A model generated the notes under the pieces. It was not told where the DNA came from. It saw only the letters and a list, made by a program, of their open reading frames with translations, and ran no database searches. Shown here piece by piece: positions 28,003-40,415 of a DNA stretch of 64,000 nt. Position 1 is the stretch's first letter. Every line of letters starts with the position of its first letter. The position numbers and the translations under genes were made by a program. This DNA comes from an uncultured Deferribacteres bacterium (GTDB taxonomy: Bacteria; Zhuqueibacterota; Zhuqueibacteria; Zhuqueibacterales; Geothermadaptataceae): positions 56,309 through 120,308 of the forward strand of contig CAXHAT010000002.1 of the NCBI GenBank assembly GCA_964014485.1. The letters are read 5' to 3'.

Positions 28003-28608
28003 ATGGAATTTTCAGAAGCGACGGTGCTTGAAAAAGCGCCGAGATTTTACCTTGAAAACGAGCAACTAAACTGGTATGCGCTTTACACGCGGCCAAATTT
28101 TGAAAAGCGCGTCGTTCGTGATTTGGATGAGATGGGGATTGAAGGCTACTTACCGCTGAAACGCTCGCTCAGACAATGGAGCGACCGTAAAAAATGGATT
28201 GAATCACCGCTCTTTTCCTGCTATGTTTTCGTGCATGTTTCGCGTGAACGTCGCGTGCAATCTCTGAAAGCGGACGGCGTTGTTTGCATGTTGAGTTCGC
28301 GCGGTAAACCTTCCAGCATCCCTGATAGCGAGATTCAGATTGTTAAAGACTTGATCGCGAATGATCTTGACCCTGCTCCCGCGCATGATTTCGCGCCGGG
28401 CGACATGCTGGAAATTATCAGCGGACCTTTGAAGGGATTGCGCGGCATGAGCGTAATGAAAAAAGGCAAGCGCAGAATGCTTGTCACGCTTGAAGGCATG
28501 CGGCAAATGGTTTCGATAAAGCTCGGCCCTAATCACGTCAGAAGACTAAGCGCCGGGGAACGAGACAGTTTTCTCAAATCAAGTAAGACGGCGATGAGCC
28601 TGATATAA
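28003..28608 (+). CDS. UpxY-family (NusG-like) transcription antiterminator
   Basis: NGN-like WYALYTRPNFEKRVVRDLDEMGIEGYLPL...PLFSCYVFVH. KOW-like FAPGDMLEIISGPLKGLRGMSV. SD gggagg precedes the ATG at 28003; the track start at 27919 is a GTG inside a hairpin. It is the first gene of the long + strand glycan operon. Confidence 0.8.
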   Translation: MEFSEATVLEKAPRFYLENEQLNWYALYTRPNFEKRVVRDLDEMGIEGYLPLKRSLRQWSDRKKWIESPLFSCYVFVHVSRERRVQSLKADGVVCMLSSRGKPSSIPDSEIQIVKDLIANDLDPAPAHDFAPGDMLEIISGPLKGLRGMSVMKKGKRRMLVTLEGMRQMVSIKLGPNHVRRLSAGERDSFLKSSKTAMSLI

Positions 28609-28622
28609 AATGGATTGTTGGA

Positions 28623-31004
<2,382 letters not shown>

Positions 31005-32054
31005 GTGTCTGATCGTAGAAAAATACTCCTGATTCGCACTGACGCCAGTGCGGAAATTGGTGGCGGACACGTGATGCGCTGCCTTGCTCTCGCACAGGCA
31101 TGGCGAGATAATGGCGGCAAAGTCGTTTTCGCAACAGCACAGCTGACCCCTGGATTGCGATCACGGCTTGAAAACGAAAGTATTGAAATTTGTGATCTTA
31201 TGGTTGCGCCTGGCGGCAAGCGCGACCTCGATTCCACCCTTAAATTGGCACGGGTTTGCGTTCCGGAAGCAGTTGTTGTCGATGGCTATCATTTTGGCGG
31301 CGCGTTTCAGAGCGTTTTAGTTGATGCGGGTTTTCGCGTGTTGTTTATTGATGACTACGGACATGCTTCAAAATACTCTGCGACATGGGTGCTTAATCAA
31401 AATATTAGCGCTTATCCGGAGCTATACAAAGAGCGTTATCGGAATACTCGACTGTTACTTGGACCGAAATATGCGCTGTTGCGACGAGAATTTGTCAAGC
31501 TCAAACATCATAAACCCATAGCTGAGAATGTACGAAAAATCCTGATCACTATGGGCGCAAGCGACCCTCAAAATGCAACGTTGAAGATTTTGAGCGCCAT
31601 GCGTAGCATCTCTTCGAAGAAGTTCGAAATAGAAGTGATTGTAGGCGGAGATAGCCCGAACCTGGAAGATATTCAAAACGTTGCTGAAAGCATGTCTCAA
31701 AGAACAGACGTACTGTTTGACGTCAAAAATATGTATCATCATCTTAAGGACGCGGATATCGTCGTTACCGCTGGAGGAAGCACGTGTTGGGAGGCTGCTT
31801 GTCTTGGATTGCCGAATATTATCTTGACGTTTGCAGACAATCAGGTGGCAATTGCGCAAGGCTTGGAAAGAGCAAAGGCAGCCAGAAATCTGGGAAGATG
31901 TAACGAAGTTTCCCAAGAGATCATTGCGTCTACGATAAGTAATGTAATTTCATCATTTGAACTTCGGAATGCGATGTCTTATTCAGCGCAATCGTTGGTC
32001 GATGGAAAAGGCGCACATCGTGTGTTGGGAAAATTGAATTCGTTCGTTGAGTGA
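31005..32054 (+). CDS. pseG: UDP-2,4-diacetamido-2,4,6-trideoxy-beta-L-altropyranose hydrolase
   Basis: N-terminus ILLIRTDASAEIGGGHVMRCLALAQAW is the characteristic PseG opening. GT-B-like C-terminal half (TAGGSTCWEAACLGLP). GTG start abuts the pseC stop. Confidence 0.75.
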   Translation: MSDRRKILLIRTDASAEIGGGHVMRCLALAQAWRDNGGKVVFATAQLTPGLRSRLENESIEICDLMVAPGGKRDLDSTLKLARVCVPEAVVVDGYHFGGAFQSVLVDAGFRVLFIDDYGHASKYSATWVLNQNISAYPELYKERYRNTRLLLGPKYALLRREFVKLKHHKPIAENVRKILITMGASDPQNATLKILSAMRSISSKKFEIEVIVGGDSPNLEDIQNVAESMSQRTDVLFDVKNMYHHLKDADIVVTAGGSTCWEAACLGLPNIILTFADNQVAIAQGLERAKAARNLGRCNEVSQEIIASTISNVISSFELRNAMSYSAQSLVDGKGAHRVLGKLNSFVE

Positions 32055-32066
32055 CAGAACCAGTAA

Positions 32067-32849
32067 ATGCGTATACTTTTTTTGGGTAATAATTGGGTTG
32101 GCTGGCAAGTTCTTAAATGGCTGAAGTTCCAAAACGAGGATATCGCGGGACTTGTCATGCATCCGCCAAACAGAAGGCGATATGGGAAGAATTTACTTTC
32201 TGAGTACTCGGGGCCTCAAGACGCTGTCTGGGATGCTACAGCATTGCGATCCGCCGAAACGATTGAGGCGATTCAAGTTCTGAAGCCGGACATTGGAGTA
32301 TCGGCTTATTTCGGTTATATTTTGCGTGAGCCCATTCTAAAACTTTTTCCGATGGGCTGCATAAATATTCATCCTGCATTTTTGCCATACAATCGCGGCG
32401 CCAACCCCAATGTTTGGAGCATTATCGACGAAACGCCTGCGGGCGTGACGATTCACTACATGGATGTAGGCGTTGACACCGGCGATCTCATTTCTCAGCA
32501 GAGAGTTGAAATAGAATTGACTGATACGGGTGAATCGCTTTATCGCAAACTGGAGCAGACCTCGGTCGCACTTTTTAAGAAAACTTGGCCTGCGATTCAT
32601 AGCGGGACAATAAAAAGAACAAAACAGCCTGAAGGCGATGGGTCGAATTACTTCTTGAAAGACACAGAAAAGATTGACAAAATTGATCTTGACAGGCAGT
32701 ACAAAGCGCGCGACCTGATCAATATTTTGCGTGCACGAACGTTCCCGCCATATCACGGCGCTTACTTCTTGGAAAATGATGAGAAGGTTTTTATGAGGTT
32801 GCAGCTCTACCGAGAAAATCATTCGAAAAATGACGACAAAAACGAATAG
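32067..32849 (+). CDS. Formyltransferase (Fmt / sugar N-formyltransferase family)
   Basis: Formyl_trans_N signature NIHPAFLPYNRGANP with downstream ...GVTIHYMDVGVDTGDLI. Confidence 0.8.
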   Translation: MRILFLGNNWVGWQVLKWLKFQNEDIAGLVMHPPNRRRYGKNLLSEYSGPQDAVWDATALRSAETIEAIQVLKPDIGVSAYFGYILREPILKLFPMGCINIHPAFLPYNRGANPNVWSIIDETPAGVTIHYMDVGVDTGDLISQQRVEIELTDTGESLYRKLEQTSVALFKKTWPAIHSGTIKRTKQPEGDGSNYFLKDTEKIDKIDLDRQYKARDLINILRARTFPPYHGAYFLENDEKVFMRLQLYRENHSKNDDKNE

Positions 32850-32857
32850 TCAGTGAG

Positions 32858-33898
32858 ATGCGAATTAACAATCACGAAATTGGCCAAGGATTTCCGACGT
32901 ACGTTATCGCGGAGATGTCGGCAAATCACAACCAAAGTTTTGACGTCGCCGTCGATATTATTAAAGCTGCAAAAGAAGCCGGAGCTGACGCCGTCAAGCT
33001 GCAAACTTATACTCCAGATACTTTAACGATTGACGCCGAGACGGAACACTTTCGAGTTGGGAAAGGAACAATTTGGGAAGGCCGCACGCTCTATGAGCTT
33101 TACGGCGAAGCCTATACCCCTTGGGAGTGGCAGCCAAAATTGAAAAATGTTGCTGATGAATTAGGGCTCGACCTATTTTCTACACCTTTTGATGACACAG
33201 CGGTCGATTTTCTGGAAGATATGGATGTTCCCGCTCATAAAATTGCTTCCTTTGAGATTGTCGATATTCCGCTTCTGCGAAAAATTGCTCAAACTGGAAA
33301 GCCGATCATTATGTCCACGGGCATGGCGACCTTAGCCGAAATCGACGAGGCGGTTACTACGATCCGTGAAGCCGGCGGATGCGAATTGGCTCTGCTCAAA
33401 TGCACCAGTGCATACCCGGCGCCTCCAGAAAAGATGAACCTGCAAACAATTCGTCATCTATCAGAAGCGTATTCAGTTCCTGCCGGCCTTTCGGATCACA
33501 CATTAGGAGTTGCCGTTCCTTTGGCCGCTGTTTCGCTTGGCGCTTGCGTTATCGAAAAACATTTTACATTGTCTCGCAATTTTTCCGGGCCAGACAGCGC
33601 TTTTTCTCTTGAACCAACTGAATTCAAAACGATGGTAGAGGCTGTTCGCGTTGCGGAAAAAGCGATAGGAACGGTTGAGTATGGAACAGGAGACGAAGAG
33701 AAAGCAAGTCGCGTTTTCAGACGTTCTCTTTTTGTGGTTGAAGATATTGCCGAAGGAGAAGTTTTTACGGAGAAGAATGTCCGGTCAATCAGACCCGGCT
33801 ATGGCCTGCACACGAGGTGCCTGAACGACATTATTGGCCGTAAAGCTCTTGAAACGATTCCTAAAGGTACGCCCATGGACTGGAGCTTGATTCAGTAA
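32858..33898 (+). CDS. pseI: Pseudaminic acid synthase (NeuB family)
   Basis: IGQGFPTYVIAEMSANHNQSFDVAVDIIKAAKEAGADAVKLQTY...HKIASFEIVDIPLL...GKPIIMSTGMATL.EI...LLKCTSAYPAP...GLSDHTLG...GACVIEKHFTL, plus a C-terminal SAF domain (RSLFVVEDIAEGEVFT..NVRSIRPG). Confidence 0.85.
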   Translation: MRINNHEIGQGFPTYVIAEMSANHNQSFDVAVDIIKAAKEAGADAVKLQTYTPDTLTIDAETEHFRVGKGTIWEGRTLYELYGEAYTPWEWQPKLKNVADELGLDLFSTPFDDTAVDFLEDMDVPAHKIASFEIVDIPLLRKIAQTGKPIIMSTGMATLAEIDEAVTTIREAGGCELALLKCTSAYPAPPEKMNLQTIRHLSEAYSVPAGLSDHTLGVAVPLAAVSLGACVIEKHFTLSRNFSGPDSAFSLEPTEFKTMVEAVRVAEKAIGTVEYGTGDEEKASRVFRRSLFVVEDIAEGEVFTEKNVRSIRPGYGLHTRCLNDIIGRKALETIPKGTPMDWSLIQ

Positions 33899-34882
33899 GT
33901 GAAGCACAAATTCCGGGCTGCACTTTTGGGATTAGGGAATATTGGATGGCGATTTGATAATAAAGCAGACGCATCGGCCCCTGCTCTCACGCACGCAGCC
34001 GCCTACTTGAAGCATGATCGTTTTGAATTGGTCGCCGGCTGCTCAACAGATAGAAAAGACTGTCGAGACTTCCATGCTGCGCTTGGCGTACCTGCATATG
34101 ATTCTCTGGAAGAAATGCTAGATCAAGCGAAGCCGGATATCTTGAGCATTTGTTCCCCATCCCAATTTCATTTTGAACATACGTTGCAATGCCTCGAAAG
34201 AGGCGTCCCAATGATCTGGCTTGAAAAACCCCCCGTTTCGCAAGTTAGCGAACTTGACAAGCTTCTTGAAAAACAAAGGACTTTGGGAAATCGGTCTCAA
34301 GTATTAGTGAATTTTCAGAGACGCTACTCAGAAAATTATCGATTGCTCAAAAAAATATTTGCAGAGCAAGAAATCGGCGGTTGCAAGGCAATTCAATTGA
34401 CATACTCTAGAGGGCTGGAGCTAAACGGGTCGCATATTTTGGACGCCATGTTTTTTGTTCTGGGCGACGCATCTGACTACGATTTGGAATGGGTTTCCAA
34501 AACAGGCAATCATGAAAACCCAAGTTTTTCAATGCGATTTAAGGAAGGTTTGCGCGTTATTGTCACAGGAATAGATCTTTCATTTCATTGTATCGATATT
34601 TCACTGATCGGAGAGAATGGCAGAAGCTCTGTTTTACACGGAGGAATGACGATCAGACATGAACAGAAAATAGCAAATGAATTCTATGCGGGATTTTACA
34701 GATTAGCGGATTGTAGCGATATTGTGTCGGCGGACAAACCTGAATCCGCTTTCTCTTCTGCACTTGACGACATCCTTTTTGCCTTCGAGAACGATGGAAA
34801 GCCGTGTAGCAACTTGAGCACCGCCCGACATACGCAGGTGTTGATCGAGTTGGTCAGAAAGCAACAAAAGCTCCCAAATTAA
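33899..34882 (+). CDS. Gfo/Idh/MocA-family oxidoreductase
   Basis: N-terminal Rossmann segment AALLGLGNIGWRF, then ...PDILSICSPSQFHFEH...GVPMIWLEKP. GTG start directly after the pseI stop. Confidence 0.7.
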   Translation: MKHKFRAALLGLGNIGWRFDNKADASAPALTHAAAYLKHDRFELVAGCSTDRKDCRDFHAALGVPAYDSLEEMLDQAKPDILSICSPSQFHFEHTLQCLERGVPMIWLEKPPVSQVSELDKLLEKQRTLGNRSQVLVNFQRRYSENYRLLKKIFAEQEIGGCKAIQLTYSRGLELNGSHILDAMFFVLGDASDYDLEWVSKTGNHENPSFSMRFKEGLRVIVTGIDLSFHCIDISLIGENGRSSVLHGGMTIRHEQKIANEFYAGFYRLADCSDIVSADKPESAFSSALDDILFAFENDGKPCSNLSTARHTQVLIELVRKQQKLPN

Positions 34883-36009
34883 TGAAAATTCTTTTTGTGT
34901 CAGGAGATGTTGGGGGCGCCCGCGCGTTGCTGCCTGTTATAAAAGAGTGTGAGATGCGAAATATTCCGTTTGTCGTATTCAAAAATGGCCATATACTCGA
35001 AGAATGTGAAATTGGTTGGGAGCTAGTTTTCTGCCCGCTCAATGAAGGGGATGATAAGATAGAATTTTTTTTGAAGGAGTTGAAGATTTCTTGCCTGGCT
35101 TTCGCATCTAGTATTAAAGATACAACGGCGCTAACATTGGCTCGCAATGCAAAGTCCTTAGAAATTCCAACTGTTCATTTGCTCGACAATTGGACGAATT
35201 ATCATCATAGGATGGAAATTGACGGGTTGCCTGCCTTTAAACCTGATTTTTATGCGGTCATGGATAGCTTGGCGCGTGATGAAGCAAAGCGCGAAGGCAT
35301 TAACGAAAAATCACTCTTTGTCGTTGGCCAGCCAGCACTCGCTGAGCTCTCTCAGCGATACAAAAGCCTTAGCGATGAATGCAATCGCAGTACACAACGA
35401 TCGGGTAAAAGAGTAATTGTATTTATTTCAGAGCCTGTTCAAAAAGATCAAGGAACAAGCGATGACTCGCCAAACTTTCGGGGTTATACGGAAAAAACTG
35501 TATTGTGCGACTTTGCCAGGCTTCTTCAACCATATGCTGAAAAAATTGATATTTGCTTGTTACCCCACCCGAGAGAAGATGATGATGAACTGCAAAAAAA
35601 CTGGGTGAAAACAAAAGGGGCTCTACAAGGACGAGTATTGAAGAACGCCAAGATGAGAGATATAATTCTGACTGCTGACGGCATTGCAGGGATGGCTTCT
35701 ATTTTGCTTTACGAAGCATGGCTGTTGGGAAAACCTGTTGTCAGTCTTCAACCGAATGTTAGAAACGTTGCGTTGCGGCAATTAGAAAAAAGAGACGGCG
35801 TGTTTTTTGTGGATTCTCCTGGATCTGCTTCCCGCCTTGTTGATGAGTGGATTGCTGAAGCTTTTTCTAAGAAAGACGCCCTCCCGCGACCTGAATTATT
35901 TGAGCATGAGCGAGCATCAGAACGGATTTTGACATGTATTCAAAAAGCGTCAGAAATTAGACGATCGACTGAGTTGGGCGCCGCAAAATGGATGGAAGCA
36001 TGGTCGTAG
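34882..36009 (+). CDS. Hypothetical protein, possibly GT-B-fold, embedded in the pse operon
   Basis: MKILFVSGDVGGARALLPVI... and the C-terminal ...GIAGMASILLYEAWLLGKPVVSL are reminiscent of GT-B/MurG-LpxB-like two-domain proteins. I can name no decisive motif. It overlaps both neighbours. Confidence 0.5.
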   Translation: MKILFVSGDVGGARALLPVIKECEMRNIPFVVFKNGHILEECEIGWELVFCPLNEGDDKIEFFLKELKISCLAFASSIKDTTALTLARNAKSLEIPTVHLLDNWTNYHHRMEIDGLPAFKPDFYAVMDSLARDEAKREGINEKSLFVVGQPALAELSQRYKSLSDECNRSTQRSGKRVIVFISEPVQKDQGTSDDSPNFRGYTEKTVLCDFARLLQPYAEKIDICLLPHPREDDDELQKNWVKTKGALQGRVLKNAKMRDIILTADGIAGMASILLYEAWLLGKPVVSLQPNVRNVALRQLEKRDGVFFVDSPGSASRLVDEWIAEAFSKKDALPRPELFEHERASERILTCIQKASEIRRSTELGAAKWMEAWS

Positions 36010-36698
36010 CGATTATCCCGGCGCGAGGCGGCAGCAAACGCATTCCCCAAAAAAACATTAAGCCCTTTGCCGGAAGACCTATGATCGCACACTCGATCAC
36101 CGCCGCTCGTGATTCAAAGCTATTCGATCGAATACTTGTTTCGACGGATTCTGATAAAATTGCGGAAATTGCGAAACAGGCCGGCGCTGAAGTTCCTTTT
36201 CGTCGTCCTAAAGAATTATCCGATGATTTCACGCCCACGGCGCCGGTCGTGGAGCATGCACTCAATTGGCTGGCGGCGAGCGGCTCTCCCGCAGGTCATG
36301 TATGCTGCATTTACGCAACGGCGCCTTTTCTCCAGCCTGTATTTCTCCGTCAAGGTTATGAACTCTTGACGGGGAAGGACGTCTCGTCAGTATTTTCAGT
36401 AACCAGCTTTCCATTTCCTATTTTTAGAGCGCTAAAAATAGAAGAGAACGGCGCTTTAAAGATGTTTTGGCCTGAGCACGAACTCACCAGATCGAACGAC
36501 CTCCAAGAAGCCTATCACGACGCCGGTCAATTCTATTGGCTTGAAACCGAGCGTTTTCTGGAAAGTAAGAGGCTCTACGGGAATGATGCATTGCCAGTCA
36601 TTATTCCGCGCTTTCTCGTACAAGATATCGATACATTAGAAGACTTGACGACGGCGGAGTATATGTATCAAGCGATTCAAACAAGGATAAAGCAATAA
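35988..36698 (+). CDS. pseF: Pseudaminic acid cytidylyltransferase (CMP-NeuAc synthetase family)
   Basis: VAIIPARGGSKRIPQKNIKPFAGRPMIAHSITAARDSKLFDRILVSTDSDKIAEIAKQAGAEVPFRRP. An alternative ATG lies at 36000. Confidence 0.8.
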   Translation: MDGSMVVAIIPARGGSKRIPQKNIKPFAGRPMIAHSITAARDSKLFDRILVSTDSDKIAEIAKQAGAEVPFRRPKELSDDFTPTAPVVEHALNWLAASGSPAGHVCCIYATAPFLQPVFLRQGYELLTGKDVSSVFSVTSFPFPIFRALKIEENGALKMFWPEHELTRSNDLQEAYHDAGQFYWLETERFLESKRLYGNDALPVIIPRFLVQDIDTLEDLTTAEYMYQAIQTRIKQ

Positions 36699-36709
36699 AG
36701 AGTTAGCCC

Positions 36710-38023
36710 ATGAAGCTAGCCGTTTTAGGCGGAGAACCCGTTCGCAGAAAGCCTTTTTCAGCGCACAACAATATTGATGCTGAAGAAAAAGACGCGGTTG
36801 CACGCGTTCTCGATTCAGGCGTATTATCACGCTATCTGGGTTGCTTCCACGAAAATTTTTACGGAGGCGGCGAAGTCAGAGCGCTCGAGGATGAATGGGC
36901 GGAATATTTTGGCTCGAAGTACGCCGTCGCCGTCAATTCTTGTACATCAGGCTTATACTGTGCTGTCGGCGCGGCAGGAGTTGAGCCAGAAGATGAAATC
37001 ATTGTTTCGCCGTACACAATGAGCGCCTCGGCGACGGCCCCGCTTATCTTTAACGCCGTTCCGATTTTTGCTGATATTGAGCAAGACTACTTTTGCCTTG
37101 ATCCGAAATCCGTTGAAGAGCGAATAACCCCCAAAACGCGAGCGATAATCGTTGTTGATATTTTTGGCCTTCCGTATGACGTTGCGGGGATAAATGCTCT
37201 GGCTGAAAAACACGGTCTTCTGGTTATTGAAGACGCCGCGCAAGCTCCTGGGGCGAAGTATAAGGACAAGTTTGCTGGCGCCCTCGCGGACATCGGCGTT
37301 TATTCGCTAAACTATCATAAGCATATACATTGCGGCGAAGGCGGCGTCATAGTTACAGATGATGCAGAACTGGCAAACAAAGTACGGTTAATACGCAATC
37401 ATGCCGAAGCCGTTGTTGAAGGCATGGAGCGCGCGGATATTGTTAATATGATCGGCTTCAACTTTCGTTTGCCGGAGTTAGAGGCCGCGATCACGCGCTG
37501 TCAGTTACAAAAATTAGAAGCGTTGTTAGAAAAAAGGCACGCAAATATCCGTTATTTAGAAGAACGATTGGCGACAATACCCGCACTCCAATTGCCCAAA
37601 GTTCGAGAAGATTGCGTGCATGCCTACTATTTGCACGCCATACGTTTCGATGAAGATGTCGCAGGAGTTTCAAGAGATCTGTTTGTAAATGCAGTGCAAC
37701 AAGAATTGCCGCCGTTTGAATTACGAGAAACAGAAGGCGTCAAGATTGGTGGAGGCTATGTGAAGCCATTATATTTGCAGCCTTTATTTCAACAAAGGCT
37801 GGCTTATGGCGCCAAAGGTTATCCTTTTCAGCGTGATGTTGGCGCCGTGACGAGTTATGAAAAAGGCATTTGTCCGGTGGTTGAACACATGCATGAACGA
37901 GAGCTGATCACGCATGAATTTATGCTGCCGTCAATGAATTACGAAGATTTGAATGACGTCGTCAATGCATTTTGCAAGGTGTGGGAACAGCGAAAAATTT
38001 TGAGGAGCAAAAAGGATCGCTGA
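36710..38023 (+). CDS. DegT/DnrJ/EryC1/StrS-family aminotransferase (second copy, long form)
   Basis: VNSCTSGLYCA, VVDIFGLP, and a PLP-lysine region YSLNYHKHIHCGEGG. 437 aa. Confidence 0.85.
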   Translation: MKLAVLGGEPVRRKPFSAHNNIDAEEKDAVARVLDSGVLSRYLGCFHENFYGGGEVRALEDEWAEYFGSKYAVAVNSCTSGLYCAVGAAGVEPEDEIIVSPYTMSASATAPLIFNAVPIFADIEQDYFCLDPKSVEERITPKTRAIIVVDIFGLPYDVAGINALAEKHGLLVIEDAAQAPGAKYKDKFAGALADIGVYSLNYHKHIHCGEGGVIVTDDAELANKVRLIRNHAEAVVEGMERADIVNMIGFNFRLPELEAAITRCQLQKLEALLEKRHANIRYLEERLATIPALQLPKVREDCVHAYYLHAIRFDEDVAGVSRDLFVNAVQQELPPFELRETEGVKIGGGYVKPLYLQPLFQQRLAYGAKGYPFQRDVGAVTSYEKGICPVVEHMHERELITHEFMLPSMNYEDLNDVVNAFCKVWEQRKILRSKKDR

Positions 38024-38583
38024 TGGCCGTTTCGCCTGAAATCAAAACGCGCCGTTTACGAATTACGCCGTTTACCGAAAAACACCTGACACAGCGTTAT
38101 GTCGATTGGCTGAACAATAAGGCGCTGATGCGTTTCAGTGAACAGCGGCACAAAACACATTCAATGGAAACGTGCCGAAAATACTGGCGCTCTTTTGAAG
38201 GAACGCCGCATTTCTTCTGGGCGATTGAAACCGCCGTCGATGGTATAGGGCACATTGGAAACATAAACGCCTATCTTGATTCTCGAAATCAACTTGCTGA
38301 CATTGGAATTCTTATAGGAGAACCTCGAGCGGCCGGGCGCGGGCTTGGCGCTGAAGCTTGGGCGGGTGTGAGCGATTATTTGTTTCAAAGCGCAGGTGTT
38401 CGGAAACTGACCGCTGGGACCCTTGCAAACAACGTTCCGATGTGCAATTTGGCCCGCAAATCCGGAATGAAATCGGACGGAAAGCGTGAGAAACATTTCC
38501 TATTTGAAGGTCGGGAAACGGATGTCGTCTATTTTGCGATGTTTAGAGACAATTGGCGGAAATTATCAGAATCCAGGGACTAG
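38023..38583 (+). CDS. GNAT-family N-acetyltransferase (RimL-like; candidate PseH-type step)
   Basis: LRITPFTEKHLTQRYVDWLNN... and the acetyl-CoA loop RAAGRGLGAEA. The ATG overlaps the upstream stop (TGATG). The track start at 37972 lies inside the previous gene. Confidence 0.75.
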   Translation: MAVSPEIKTRRLRITPFTEKHLTQRYVDWLNNKALMRFSEQRHKTHSMETCRKYWRSFEGTPHFFWAIETAVDGIGHIGNINAYLDSRNQLADIGILIGEPRAAGRGLGAEAWAGVSDYLFQSAGVRKLTAGTLANNVPMCNLARKSGMKSDGKREKHFLFEGRETDVVYFAMFRDNWRKLSESRD

Positions 38584-38609
38584 GCTCCCGCAAAACCTCT
38601 TAACTGCAT

Positions 38610-39743
38610 ATGGCAATAAAACTCTGTAAGCGGTGTGTTAACCCTGATACGCGCCCGAATATTTTTTTCGATGATGATGGCGTTTGTCCGGTATGTCGTT
38701 TCACTGAAGACAGTAAAAATCGTGTGATCGATTGGGGTGAAAGAAGGCGTGAGCTTGATGGCGTGATAGCTTGGGGGCGCGAAAACAGCAAAAGCGCTTA
38801 TGACTGCATCGTCACAGTCAGTGGTGGCAAAGACAGTATGAAACAGGCGTTTTTCGCGCGCGACGAACTTGGCATGAACCCGCTTTTAGTTAGTTGTGTT
38901 TACCCGCCGGAACAATTGCATGAACGCGGTGCGGAAAATTTGGGCAATTTGATTGCGCACGGGTTCGATACTATTAGCCTAAGTTTGGATCCGCAAATGT
39001 GGAAAAAGCTTATGCGGCAAAGTTTTTACAAATATGCGAATTGGTGTAAATCAACGGAAATGGCGCTTTACGCTATTCCAATACATGTTGCGATCGCCTA
39101 TAAAATCCCGCTCATTTTCCTTGGAGAGAATCCCGCTTTTACAATCGGAGAGCAACATGGACGACTGGATGGTGACGCTTCAAGAATGAAGTATTGCAAT
39201 ACTCTTGAAGGCGGGAATCCTGACATATTGATGACGCAAGAGATGACTCAGCGAGACGTGCATTTTTATCGATATCCGTCAGATGAAGACATGGAATATG
39301 CGCAATTGCGGATCGTCTATCTTGGTTATTATATCAAAGAATGGTCAGGGAGTAATAATGCAAAATTCGCGATCGAACACGGTTTAAAGACGCGAAGTGA
39401 ACCGCCTGAAATGATTGGCGACTTATGGGGGTTTATTGGCCTGGACGAAGATTTTCGCATCGTCAATCAGATGATGAAATATGTAAAACTTGGGTTTGGA
39501 CACGTGTCCGATCAGGCATGCGAAGCCATCAACGCCGGAAGTATGGATAGAGAAGAAGGGTTGCGGCTGGTAAAAAAGTTTGACGGAAAATGTGACCCTT
39601 CATATATCCGGCGGTTTTGCCAGTATTTAGGAATACCCGAGGAAGAGTTTTGGAATGTTCTCGAAGCGTATCGTAATGATGACATTTGGGAAAAAGACGA
39701 AAACGGCGAATGGCGTTTAATTGTTGAAGATGGTGCCTGGTAA
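38610..39743 (+). CDS. N-acetyl sugar amidotransferase (PseA/WbuX family), copy 1
   Basis: Opening zinc-ribbon CKRCVNPDTRPNIFFDDDGVCPVCRF and PP-loop-like CIVTVSGGKDS. Confidence 0.8.
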   Translation: MAIKLCKRCVNPDTRPNIFFDDDGVCPVCRFTEDSKNRVIDWGERRRELDGVIAWGRENSKSAYDCIVTVSGGKDSMKQAFFARDELGMNPLLVSCVYPPEQLHERGAENLGNLIAHGFDTISLSLDPQMWKKLMRQSFYKYANWCKSTEMALYAIPIHVAIAYKIPLIFLGENPAFTIGEQHGRLDGDASRMKYCNTLEGGNPDILMTQEMTQRDVHFYRYPSDEDMEYAQLRIVYLGYYIKEWSGSNNAKFAIEHGLKTRSEPPEMIGDLWGFIGLDEDFRIVNQMMKYVKLGFGHVSDQACEAINAGSMDREEGLRLVKKFDGKCDPSYIRRFCQYLGIPEEEFWNVLEAYRNDDIWEKDENGEWRLIVEDGAW

Positions 39744-39755
39744 CCTGGCCAATCG

Positions 39756-40415
39756 ATGGATAAGGTTGTGAAAGAAAAACAAAAGACGATCATGATCGTG
39801 AACTACGGCATGGGGAATATCGGTTCAGTTGCTAACGCGCTTAAATTCCTCGGCGGACAATACTTCATTTCTTCCAAAAGAGATGACCTGGAAAAAGCCG
39901 ACGCTTTTATACTCCCCGGCGTGGGCGCTTTTGGTGCGGCTATGCAAAACTTGAATAAACTGGAGCTTGTTCAGGGCCTCACGAATGAAGTCATGTACTG
40001 TAAAAAGCCGTTTCTGGGCATTTGCCTTGGCATGCAACTTATTGCGAAAGATTCTGACGAGTTAGGGGTTCACGAAGGCTTTGGATGGATTGACGGGCAT
40101 GTCAAAGCATTTCAGACTTCTTATCGTTTTCGCGTCCCGCATGTCGGCTGGAACCAAATTGAATTATCTGTAGAATCCCCCCTTTATCGCCGCATTGACG
40201 ACGGAGCGCACTTTTATTTTGATCACAGCTTTTATTTGGAATGCGAAACCGAAATCATTGCGGCCAAGTGCGAGTATGGCCGGAACTTTGTTGCGGCGAT
40301 AGAAAAAGAAAATATATTCGCCGCCCAATTTCATCCGGAAAAGAGCCAGAGAAACGGCCTGAAGTTAGTCAGAAACTTTCTGAATATCGTGAATGAGGAG
40401 AATGCCTCTTGTTAA
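39756..40415 (+). CDS. hisH: Imidazole glycerol phosphate synthase HisH-like glutamine amidotransferase (glycan-locus paralogue)
   Basis: IVNYGMGNIGSVANAL...LPGVGAFG.AM..L...PFLGICLGMQL...VPHVGWN...FYFDHSFY...FAAQFHPEKS. Confidence 0.9.
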   Translation: MDKVVKEKQKTIMIVNYGMGNIGSVANALKFLGGQYFISSKRDDLEKADAFILPGVGAFGAAMQNLNKLELVQGLTNEVMYCKKPFLGICLGMQLIAKDSDELGVHEGFGWIDGHVKAFQTSYRFRVPHVGWNQIELSVESPLYRRIDDGAHFYFDHSFYLECETEIIAAKCEYGRNFVAAIEKENIFAAQFHPEKSQRNGLKLVRNFLNIVNEENASC

